From NCBI GenBank assembly GCA_024626585.2, contig JANKJI020000002.1:252538513-252554928 (forward strand): a stretch of DNA of 16,416 bases, given 5' to 3'. The notes under the pieces are model-generated. The model did not search any database. It worked only from the letters and a program-made list of their open reading frames with translations, and was not told the DNA's origin. Of this stretch, positions 1 to 9,751 are shown in pieces. The DNA is from Ginkgo biloba. Taxonomy: Eukaryota; Plantae; Ginkgophyta. A program made the position numbers and the translations under genes. Position 1 is the stretch's first letter. Each line of letters starts with the position of its first letter.

Positions 1-931
1 GCAACCACTCAACTTCATTTTCAACACCATTTGTTGCACATATTATTAAACAAATATCACATTGTCTTGCAGGGTCTTCATTTTCTCCCCAAATAAGATT
101 AGCAGTTAGTACCTCTCAACCACCCTTGTTAGGTACACCATAATACCCAAATCTGCTTGTTGCCTTCCTTTACTAGATGATGCATGCCAACTTGTTAGCT
201 ATAATTGAGCAACTCTTCGTCTTGCCTCCTTAAGCCACAACCACAACCTTCTCCATTGATAGACTTTGTCGAATAGGGCTAATATCTCCTTCGACCATAA
301 CTGCTCCTCAACAAGTTTTCTCTATAGGGTTTACATTACCTATACCATCTTCCTCCAATAATGCATCTTCCAAACTCAAATGTTCAAGACTTTCTTCAAC
401 ATCTTCTATAGAAGCCAAGCATACTCCTCATGATGTTGTAATGGCAATTTTTTAGCAACAATAGGAGGAGAATGCAATAGTGGCTACTTCCCCTAAGGCA
501 TAGGCAAGTACGGCATCAATCCCAAGGGGACAATGTGAACAACAAGCAAGCGCCCACAAAATATTACTTGCACTTGGCAAGAAACTCTTAGATCATAAAT
601 GGAACAACGGTGAAGAAACGCTCCACATCTTCAGTATGGAAATGTTCCTCCACAAGATCAATGGGGATGTGTGTGTTATTTACTTCTTGAATAAGATAGG
701 CATGCACCACTTGGTCCTACCACCAAGCACTGGTTGCTTCCTCTTCCTTATAGCAATTATATTTGTAGTGAGGTGGAAGTGACAATCCCAATTTGAAATT
801 CCTCCTATAATCCAAGGTAAGTCTTGAATGCTATCACCATAGAGGATTGTACAATGCCATGCTATTCTAGACTAGCAACAATCCCAAAGGTTGATTTAAT
901 GATCTATTTTCCTAGGCTCAGAAACAAACTT
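1..931 (-). mobile_element. Decayed internal region of the LTR retrotransposon downstream of the PBS
   Basis: Position 3' of the LTR and PBS only. I could read no intact ORF or clear domain motif. Confidence 0.4.
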
Positions 932-943
932 GCTCTAATACAA
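932..943 (-). promoter_or_regulatory. Degenerate primer-binding site (tRNA-iMet type)
   Basis: Minus strand TTGTATTAGAGC versus canonical TGGTATCAGAGC (2 mismatches), directly after a CA LTR end. Confidence 0.6.
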
Positions 944-946
944 AAT

Positions 947-1921
947 TGATTTGTTTTCCAGTGGAGAAGTCAGAATTCTCCAATGGCACTTACAACAAAT
1001 TTTGTAAATAAATTTGAAGGGCTAATGTTATCCTTCAAACATATGTTTTAAAACAGTTAATCATAAACTGAGGAAAGAAAATGAATTCACCATTAAAGAT
1101 AAGGAAACCCAAACAAAAAGATGGAGACATGGATAAAGAGAGAGAAATACAAATTTGTTTAAAGTGGAGAAAAACCCTCTTGGGATGAAAAAAACTCCAC
1201 TATTCTATTTTATTTCTCAAATCAAACTTCAAAGAAATTTACAAAATACAATTTCAAAAAAGAGAGCTTGTTTTCTGCTTTGTCTAGCAAGAAAAATTCA
1301 TCTCCTTTCCCTGTTGTTTTTCTTTTCCTTTGTGTCTTTCCTCTCTTTGTTCTGTCTTGTTCCTCTCTTCGATTTAGAGGTCAGAAGAGACTTACAGGAA
1401 GACAAAGACTCTCCTAGAGGGCCTGTTAACCCCTAAATTGTACTCAGCAATCCTGGTGTTAATCCACAACCAGATTACATCAGGCTAGATTATTTAAGCA
1501 TTGATGATGGAAGAGAGCAAATGGAGTAAGAGAATTGCAGAAAGAATCGATAATTGGGGGCTCTATTTATTGGCCAATTGGTTAGAAACGCGAGCGGGAA
1601 TTGTTTGACAAGCGGCCAGAACATTTGGCTGAGTCGTTCGTTGAATGAACTCGATCATTCGACGAACGACAGTGCATCGTTCATCGAGCGAACCTAGTCA
1701 TTCGACGAANNNNNNNNNNNNNNNNNNNNNNNNNNNNNNNNNNNNNNNNNNNNNNNNNNNNNNNNNNNNNNNNNNNNNNNNNNNNNNNNNNNNNNNNNNN
1801 NNNNNNNNNTTGATCCTGGAACATTTTGTACAAATGATAAGATGAACCCAATCAGGTGTACAAAGGTCCCAAACATAAATAAAATCATAACACTCTATAA
1901 GAAAATAACACCGGTGTTACA
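947..1921 (-). mobile_element. Probable 5' LTR of an LTR retrotransposon (interrupted by an N gap)
   Basis: On the minus strand it starts TGTAACACC (1921) and ends ...ATCA (947), 3 nt before a degenerate Met PBS. A TATA-like ATAAATAG lies at about 1563-1570. Continuity across the gap at 1710-1809 is assumed. Confidence 0.6.
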
Positions 1922-2334
1922 AATTAAATATAAGAAAGAAAAAGAATGGAAAGAAGAAGTCGGGGATTTCCTCACTCAGTGTAAATAGTGGTTTTTGAAC
2001 CCTAATCTCTTTTCCTCCTCTCCTTTTATACATCTTGATGTCAATCTTGTTCATTGGGATGGTTGAAAAGGTTAAGACTTATGGGAAAGTTTGGTAATTA
2101 ACTGCCCTGGGTTCCTTCATTAGTTATCTATGCCTTGTTTTCCTCTAACTCTTTCAAGCGTGGCAATCTATCTTGTATATCTCATGACTTTATTGTTATA
2201 AAATATTTATTGTTCAAATAAAGACCGTAAACTCTCTTTCCATTAAACCCACATCTTTAATTTCATGCCTTAAAGTAAATTCTATTTCTTGATTTTACCT
2301 ACACCTATCCTTCAGCATCAAGCTTAATGTTCAA

Positions 2335-2563
2335 GTTCAACGCTCCGGGCATGATCCTATTAATCGTTCAACATTCCCTCTTCAACGCTCCTAACGATCT
2401 TATTTAGTGCTCTCACCTTGATGCGATTCCGTTCAATGCCCCCTACAACGCTCCCATCCTTCCCTGTGGGTTCCTCTACCAATGAACTCACCCTAGAATG
2501 AGCCTGTTAGCGTCCCTCTCAGGATCGTTGTTCAACGACCCCATCCTTCCCCTAAGGTTCCTC
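2335..2563 (+). repeat. Degenerate short repeats (GTTCAACGCTCC core) in the putative LINE 5' UTR
   Basis: Core at about 2335, 2366, 2381, 2431, 2445 and 2530. The last two extend to CAACG(ct/ac)CCCATCCTTCCC....GGTTCCTC. Confidence 0.65.
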
Positions 2564-2657
2564 CAGTAGCGAGATGCATGCTCCTACGTCTGTCTTGGAG
2601 TGTCGACTTTGTGATATTAGAATAAGAATTCATGCATGCCTGTCGATTTATTGTTAG

Positions 2658-3498
2658 ATGGCTTCCAAGGACAAGGAAGAAGGAGCTATTGTCCGTAGGC
2701 TCTCATAGCAGGTGGATTCCTTAGAATCCAACTATATCAAATAGTGCAGAATTGCAGATGAAATCCAAGCATAGTGAAAATCATTGAGGAAACTCTACAG
2801 TTGTCCTCTACTTTAAAGGATGCCACCTCCACCATTTGCAAACTAGAAGATGAACTCAATGGACTAAAGAATCGAACCCCTATTGATATCCCAGACTCCA
2901 TACAGGCAGAGATGTCAGACATGAAGATCAAGCAAGCTGAGATTTTATCTCTACAAGAAACTTTGAAGAATGATACTGTCGCTAAACAACAGTCTATCCA
3001 AAAATAGATTGATGAACATAGTTCTTGGATTCAAGTGGTCAAGGGGAAGAGGGCCCCTCCTATCGTGGAACTAGTTGTGCAAACAAAATTCGAAGAGGAA
3101 AGGGTTAGACAAGTGAAGGAACTTAATCTCAGGATTCGTGGTCTCCCAAAACTCGACAATCCTTTTAGGCAGGATTGGTATGTATTCATGACACATTGAA
3201 CTTGAAAGATATCTCATTAGAAAAGGCATGGGTAGCACTAGACACATTGTTGATTATTTGTTTCCGATCACTTGAGGATCGACTACAAGCTTTATGAGCC
3301 AAGAAGAGACTATTTTCACTCCCTAACAAGATCTTCTTAGATGAAGATATCACTTAGCTCCAGGTGGAGGAACTCAAGACGGCATGTACACAAGTCGTGG
3401 CTACTAGAAACAACAATAAATAGGTTGTTATCCGGAACTGTAGGGCATGGATTCGTGACTCTCCATCTTGGTGGTCACATCCCTGGCCCACCAAATGA
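2658..3498 (+). pseudogene. LINE ORF1 remnant (coiled coil plus RRM/CTD-like region) with stops and frameshifts
   Basis: ATG at 2658 (MASKDKEEG...), heptad-rich segment (ICKLEDELNGLK...QAEILSLQETLK), then EEERVRQVKELNLRIRGLP, a frameshift near 3170, then ICFRSLEDRLQAL*AKKRL...KIFLDEDIT. NLxIxGL and IFxxEDxT are motifs typical of Tnp_22/L1-RRM-like ORF1 proteins. It directly precedes an APE endonuclease. Confidence 0.75.
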
Positions 3499-3786
3499 CG
3501 CTCAACTCAAACCTTGTTAGGCCATAGGGACATCTCCATTGCTTGTTGGAACTGCAACGGTATGGTATGGTCTTCTCCAAGCTCCTTCCAAGATGTTATT
3601 CATGAACGTGATCTCATTTTCCTCTCTGAGATGCACGAGAGCCCTAAAAGGTCTTTACCACTTGTTTTGGGATTTCATTGGGTCTCTGCATTTAGGCAGT
3701 GTACTAGGCGTTTTGGCAGGGTGTGTGGCTTTGGTGGTGTGGCTTGTCTCATTTGGGATTGCTTTAGGTCCATGGTCACTGTGATA
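3499..3786 (+). mobile_element. LINE ORF2 N-terminus: APE-type endonuclease, truncated by an N gap
   Basis: ISIACWNCNG (WNxNG motif I), DLIFLSEMHE (DxxxLxE motif II), GFHW...R...GGVACLI (GGV motif III) in one open frame. Confidence 0.88.
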
Positions 3787-3886
3787 NNNNNNNNNNNNNN
3801 NNNNNNNNNNNNNNNNNNNNNNNNNNNNNNNNNNNNNNNNNNNNNNNNNNNNNNNNNNNNNNNNNNNNNNNNNNNNNNNNNNNNNN

Positions 3887-4250
3887 CCAGTAGCAACAGG
3901 AGGTTTCTGCCGCTATAATTCCCCTCCAAAGGTCGCACTAAATGAGGAGCAACAGTTCGCCAAGCAAGGCGAAATCAGGCAGCAAAAATCTTCGCCTTCT
4001 AAGAGAAGCAAGCTAAGTAGCAAAAGACTAAAAGTAGAAAATGGCGCTTAAAAGAATAGATGAATGATGATTTGCCTCATACTTAGGCCTCCTTTTATAG
4101 TTTTCCAAGCGATGCATCCTATCTGACGTCAGCTTACCACGTAGGCTCGTGCCTCTTCAATTCTTTTGTAAAATTACTAAACTGGGCCTTAAAGGTTGGC
4201 GTTAGGGTTTAAGATAGCCTATTTTAGTGGTTTGACTTGTTTTTGACCCN
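3887..4250 (-). mobile_element. Possible LTR fragment
   Basis: Minus-strand CTATAAAAGG TATA box at 4091-4100 followed by a pyrimidine-rich R/U5-like tract. Bounded by gaps, with no termini visible. Confidence 0.35.
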
Positions 4251-5949
4251 NNNNNNNNNNNNNNNNNNNNNNNNNNNNNNNNNNNNNNNNNNNNNNNNNN
4301 NNNNNNNNNNNNNNNNNNNNNNNNNNNNNNNNNNNNNNNNNNNNNNNNTAAAGTCATTTTAGCTTCCAAAGGGTCATCTTTTTCTCCTTCATTTAAGACT
4401 TTTTCACCTTCAAATTCCCCCTTTGACCATGATTGTTCAAGCTATGACACAAAATTCTTTGGAAAAAGAGACTTCTTGAGTTTTGAACTCTGACCTCTTA
4501 TTTGAAAACCAAACGATTTGACCACTTGGGCTATTGCTCTCTTTGAAATATGAACTAATAGAAATAATTTTTAAATTCTTCTTTAGAAAAAGGGGACTTT
4601 AAAAAATAAAAATAGTAGCTCACATGTCTTCTACTTCTCTGATGAGGAAGGATTTCAAAATTGACTTCAATCGAATTTAATCAAGATCAAACCTTACCCA
4701 AAAATTTGCATGCCTTTATTCTCCTGCTTCTTCACTACATCTTCGATGATTCCTACAGCAATTTTCTTCATGATTTTGTTCGTGTCTGCTTTGCTCATCC
4801 ATCTACGACTATTGTTGGGTCTACCTCCACCACAAAATGTTCCTACTCTGGTTGATCATGGCTTTCTTCCAACTTCTCTCATTTTCTGGTTGGTCTGATG
4901 TGGCCTTCGCTTGATAAATGTTTGTTGTAATCTCTTCACTATTTGTTGTTTGTCACTCGTCTAACCTGCTGACTTGCAAGTATGCTACTTGTCAAGCTCA
5001 CGCACTTCAGGTTGTGTCTCACCTTCTCTGTCACTTGCTGTAGGGGCATCTTCTACGACCCTTAGTTATTTGTCCATGGCTAGCCTAATCTCTTTGCAGA
5101 TTCAAGAAAAGCACATCAAACGCAACCTTATTCCATTGGTTTCAATTCCAATCTACAACCTTTAGTTCGAAACACTGATCTTAATCTAGATGGAGTGGCA
5201 CTGAGTCAACCCGAAAGCCTCAAAATGTTCCCTCGAACCAAGGCATTCAACTAGTACTCTACCAAATTATGATGGAGAACCTTGAAAACTTTGTCACATA
5301 GAAACAGTTTTGCATTGATTGAAAGCTTACAAGCAGGCCAATACAATCGTCGATTGATCACCGATGTAGACGCCCTAAGACTAGCTCTGGTTGGGGACAG
5401 AGCAGATAGTAATTGATTTTGAGTTGCAATTCCAGATATTTGTCCACAGCTGGTCTATATATTATACAAAACTTCACATCCCGCAGCAGATCTACAACGT
5501 CTCTCAATTGATTCTTTACTACTCCTCGAGGATTGCATGTGTTCTATTATTCACGTCTCTACATGGTTGCTTGATCTTTGTCAGCAACTCTAGCTCGCAA
5601 TTCGTTCGCTAGCTCTCAATGTTGCTTTTCATCTGGAGAAGGTTTTCTAGTTCTTATATAGGCATCATGATCAATAGCCCAAAACAAACATTTACCATCA
5701 CCTAGAATGCCATTATGTCTCTTTGTGTTTCTTTCATTGGCTCCCCAGTGGTTGTCTACAATCGTCTTCACTGCTACGAACTCCGTCTAAAACTCCTGCA
5801 ACTGCACAAACAATGGCATTGATTGCCCTTCCTCCAGAACTGTCATCAATATTTGTTGTTAGGCTCTGTTGTCACCACCAACACACACCGCTCATACTAT
5901 AAAGGAGTTAGCCAGGCATAGGAGCAAGAAGAAGCTATCAAAGGTACTT

Positions 5950-6400
5950 ATCCTGGCCACACGAGCACTGGGCATCCATGACATAGAAATAAACAATAGT
6001 GATGATATCAAGGCAATGGTACATAATTGTGCTTAATACTTCTCTGCTCACCTTCATCACCTTGTCCTCCGCTGCAACAATCAAATTTGTATCATGGCAG
6101 GGAGAACTGAGGCTTCCTTCAGCAGACCAATCCTTCTTCATAATGCGACCAAAAACCCCTGACCAGGCACATATACGAGTAACTCTCCATTGAGGCCAAG
6201 ATCTGAATGTGGACAACTAGAGACGAATAAAGTGAAGGCACACAATTGTGAATAGGTTTGCCATTGCCATTCAACACCAAACTCGGTGAATCTAAATCCC
6301 CATCCGAATCAGAAGACGTTATGTTTGAACAAGACTAAGTCGAGGCCATTGTTGTGTTCCTCTCAACGTACGACAACCTCCACCTTCAACTCTGATACCA
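5950..6400 (-). mobile_element. Copia-like remnant: Met PBS plus highly decayed gag start
   Basis: Minus strand ...AATCTAACA (LTR end at 6401) followed by TGGTATCAGAG (6400-6390), a perfect tRNA-iMet PBS core. Downstream frameshifted FRSW..MESY....RGFWSHY weakly resembles the copia gag N-terminus (Y..W...M..YL....LW). Confidence 0.6.
6390..6400 (-). promoter_or_regulatory. Primer-binding site (tRNA-iMet)
   Basis: Plus-strand ctctgatacca = TGGTATCAGAG on the minus strand, abutting a CA LTR terminus. Confidence 0.85.
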
Positions 6401-6670
6401 TGTTAGATTTCTCATAGTTCACAGCCAGGTTGAAATCAAGAGGTAGAGAATATGAAAATATTTCGAAAGATCTTCTATGATACACTTGCACTTCAATAGC
6501 TATGATACATCAATGAACAAATGTTACATATTTATAACCACCTTTGCCTATAGCCGACACATCTTTCATCATAACTTGGACACAACATTCAACATAACAC
6601 AACTTTCAACATAAGTAAACTTAACCATGAGTGAACACTAACCTAGGTAGACCTAACCATGAGTGAACTC
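6401..6670 (-). mobile_element. LTR portion adjacent to the PBS; distal boundary uncertain
   Basis: Begins TGTTAG on the plus strand next to the PBS. TATA-like tatttata at about 6530. Internal 15-nt direct repeat TAACCATGAGTGAAC at 6622-6636 and 6654-6668. Confidence 0.5.
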
Positions 6671-7307
6671 ATAAAGAGCAATTTAATATTAATACTCTAA
6701 CAGTTGCAAGGTCTATAACTATTAATGTAGTTATGGATAGCATGGCTATTGGTCCAGCTATAATACATGGTATATGGATACACACGTCATGGTCTTTGAA
6801 GTTGTTGAGTTTTTGTTTAGGGTCTATTGGTGTAGCCCTAGGGATTAATGTACCAAAAACCAATAACTATTAGTAAGGGGATAGATGTCTAGGGCCATCC
6901 CAATGCATAAAGAGGACAAAAATAGACTTACGCCTAGGACCCTCTCTAGTGCGGGATCGTGGAATAGCGGATCAATAATAGCTAGTAGGAGCTAGAAGTT
7001 TCATTTATGCACCAAAGGTTTGGTTGCATGCATAAAAGAGGCCATCACGTCGTCCCCATGGCCAACAGCAGGTGCTTATGGTTTCTACTACAAGTCAAAC
7101 TTGGTCTAACGATTCCTTTGCTAGTAACCTATTGACAAATGCATTCTATCAACAATGACCATAAATTAATGTGTTCAAATATCTATAATGTATGGATTTC
7201 CACTGCACTACTTAATTATGTTAGATTTCTATTGCTGAATGCATGACTACGCAATCTTACTTCCTTAAGAATTATTGTATGTGTTTGCAGATCTAATTAC
7301 CTTGTTT

Positions 7308-7920
7308 TGGTATCAAAGCACAATGATGAAAGTAGATTCCAAGGATGTAATTAGAAATTTTGAAAAGTTGCAAGCCATGAGGGTAGAATTAAAGAAAATA
7401 AAGGGCATTGGAAGAAACATTAATTGCTACCTTACATGTAGAAGCTACCCAATTCAATCAAGAGGAGTCAATAAGGAAGCCTTCTCAAAAGAAGAAGGAT
7501 TCCTCAAAGTTAAAGTCGTCTTCCTCAAGACTAGCAAGAAGTTTGGCAAAAAGAAGTTTTTCTCCAAATCATCTATTGNNNNNNNNNNNNNNNNNNNNNN
7601 NNNNNNNNNNNNNNNNNNNNNNNNNNNNNNNNNNNNNNNNNNNNNNNNACCACTTTAAACAAGAGTGCCCTAGCCTTGAGGGTGGTAGAAGTACTCCACA
7701 TAATTAAGAATCAGTTGTAGTGTTGTAGAAAGAGAATAAATCTTTTCTAATGATTTAAAGACTAAACTCTCTAATGATGAAAAGATGAATGCTTCCTTCA
7801 TTATTGCTAGCTATTAAGGAATGGAATATTTAAGTTGTGGATGAGTTGAAAGAGGAATTTCATTTTTCTTTTGCATTGTTATGATAAGAAATTTGGAAAA
7901 CGTAAATTTGACCTGCTTCT
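7308..7920 (+). mobile_element. Copia-like remnant: Met PBS, internally deleted gag with zinc-knuckle tail
   Basis: TGGTATCAAAGC at 7308-7319, ATG at 7323, a Lys/Ser-rich gag-like segment, and HFKQECP right after the gap (end of a CX2CX4HX4C knuckle). A possible decayed W..DSG protease motif lies near 7820-7840. Confidence 0.6.
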
Positions 7921-8532
7921 GNNNNNNNNNNNNNNNNNNNNNNNNNNNNNNNNNNNNNNNNNNNNNNNNNNNNNNNNNNNNNNNNNNNNNNNNNNNNNNN
8001 NNNNNNNNNNNNNNNNNNNNNAGTACACAATAAGCCTCACGTAATAAAAAAACATAATCCTGAGTATAGCAAGGTCAAATATCACTTATCATGTAGCAGC
8101 ACTTAAGGCAAGAGACAGCATACCAATGCAGAAACAGTTGAAGCAAACCCACTGGTTTCCATGTAACTGATTAGGGGCTAGCCTTTAGTTTCAGACTGCT
8201 AATTATTTCTTACAAACATAGCTCCAGTAACTAATGAAATATGCAAAGCTTCTATTGTTAGAGTGAGTCTGTGTACTCTAGATATAGGATACTTTGCTTA
8301 AATTCTGACTTTATTCAATTATTAGGTATCAGTTAGTAAATATGCCTCTCTGGGTATGCAGAAAGAGAAACATAATGCAAGGAAACAATTTGTAACACAG
8401 TTGTTTCATATTTTCATGGTTCGATTCGCAAACGGAGTTTTTCAAATCAAATTGGCATNNNNNNNNNNAGTTATTACAATAATCATAAACAGTGGCATGT
8501 GTTTGGGGATTGAAGCGCTGCCATTGCAAAAC

Positions 8533-8627
8533 CTGGAGGCCTTCTGAAAATCTGAGAGAAATGCATAGAATTCCTTCTCAGAACTTGCACCCCCTGCTTC
8601 TCTGCACCTTAACAAATACTCCATAGC
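8533..8627 (-). CDS. IPT9: Next internal coding exon of the same tRNA dimethylallyltransferase (IPT9)
   Basis: Acceptor gatgtttttgtAG, then AMEYLLRCREAGGASSEKEFYAFLSDFQKAS+AG, then donor GTTTTG. Joins in phase 0 to the previous exon (RAIGYRQ|AMEYLL), as recalled for plant IPT9 (AMEYLL.CR...G.SS..EFY.FL..FQ.ASR). 95 nt. Confidence 0.93.
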
Positions 8628-9221
8628 CTACAAAAACATCATAAAAAACAGAGCGTCAACTATGTCTCAGTATGCCCCAAAACCCAATGTTTTATGATCT
8701 TNNNNNNNNNNNNNNNATTAATAAGCAGAACTTAAGAAAAATCCACTGATTATAAGTGACACCCAATAAGTTAAAATGTCGATATTAAATATGAATAAAC
8801 AGTGATGGGTACCCTATAGAGCAATCAAGACAAAGACAATAACAAAAAGCCTTAATGTGATGCTAGAAATATCAAAAATAAATCCAACCAGCCTTCAACG
8901 AACATGGAATATATGCCGATTGTAAACATCAACATGAATGCTGAAAGGAAAAGAAGGAATTCACACAGATGGTAGCAGTCAGAGCTAAGTTACAGGATAC
9001 ATAACAGATCCTCCCTAAATAAGGGTATAGAACAGATATGTATTTTGACCATACCAAGTTGGAGTACAGCCAAAGTCTGTATCCAGTCATAAAAAATAAA
9101 AAATGCATTAGAAAAACAGATAATATATCAAAGGCAACTCGAAACTAATAACTCTAACTTGCATTTCAAATGCCCACAAAAATTGATACATGCTGCCAAA
9201 AACTATGAAGGATTACAAGAA

Positions 9222-9371
9222 GGGTCCTGTTAACCCCCAGATTGCATTGAGCCATCTAAGGGTTAACCAGCAGCCAGATTATATAAGGCTAAGTTTATTA
9301 CTTATGAGAATTCAAGAAGAGCAGGTGAAATTGAAGAATTGTAAGGAATTTGATGGATAGGAGTGCCCAAT
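9222..9371 (-). repeat. Diverged second copy of the LTR segment at about 1419-1560
   Basis: Colinear match by eye: CCTGTTAACCCC..ATTG...AGC.ATC...GTTAA....CCAGATTA.AT.AGGCTA...AGAGCA..TG...AGAATTG, roughly 70% identity, same orientation. Confidence 0.75.
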
Positions 9372-9621
9372 NNNNNNNNNNNNNNNNNNNNNNNNNNNNN
9401 NNNNNNNNNNNNNNNNNNNNNNNNNNNNNNNNNNNNNNNNNNNNNNNNNNNNNNNNNNNNNNNNNNNNNNNGCTAGACTCCAATCCTTAACCCCTTGCAC
9501 TAGTAAGTACGCCAGGTGTAAGTCTATTTCAGCCCCATCTTAAGCATTAGGATAAACCTAAATAGATAGGGTATCCACACCTATAGAAAGTTACTCAAGT
9601 ATATTAATTTGTAGTGAAGTA

Positions 9622-9751
9622 AACTCTAAGGCTACCAAAATAGACCCTAGAGCAAAACCCTACCAATACCAAAACCCCTGTGGCTACAACAACAAACCCT
9701 AAACCATGAATATAGCAATAGTAATGCCCCTACAGCTACAACAATAGACTA
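9622..9751. repeat. Three degenerate units of about 50-nt period (GCTACAxCAATAGACCCTA core), probably LTR-internal
   Basis: ggctaccaaaatagacccta (about 9630), ggctacaacaacaaacccta (about 9682), agctacaacaatagacta (about 9735). An inverted copy lies at 6811-6846. Confidence 0.55.

Noticed and set aside
1155-1436. 93-aa hydrophobic ORF
   Set aside because: Low-complexity translation of a pyrimidine tract within the LTR, with a non-ATG start.
1906-1919. Perfect 14-bp palindrome TAACACCGGTGTTA
   Set aside because: It sits at the inferred LTR terminus and is explained as part of that end. There is no evidence for an independent function.
2335-2563. Short repeats as a CRISPR-like array
   Set aside because: Repeats are degenerate and irregularly spaced, there are no cas genes, and the context is a eukaryotic intron.
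4350-5900. Further LTR-like text and several 60-70 aa ORFs
   Set aside because: No termini, PBS/PPT or protein motifs that I can support. Probably TE-derived but unclassifiable by eye.
8442-8624. 60-aa ORF starting at MEYLL as a small protein
   Set aside because: The Met is internal to an IPT9 exon, and similarity ends at the GT donor at 8532.
1424-9371. The two related repeat copies as paired LTRs of one element that captured the exon
   Set aside because: They are only about 70% identical with no TSD. The PBS of the first copy points away from the second. The enclosed exon is colinear with a host exon outside the pair.
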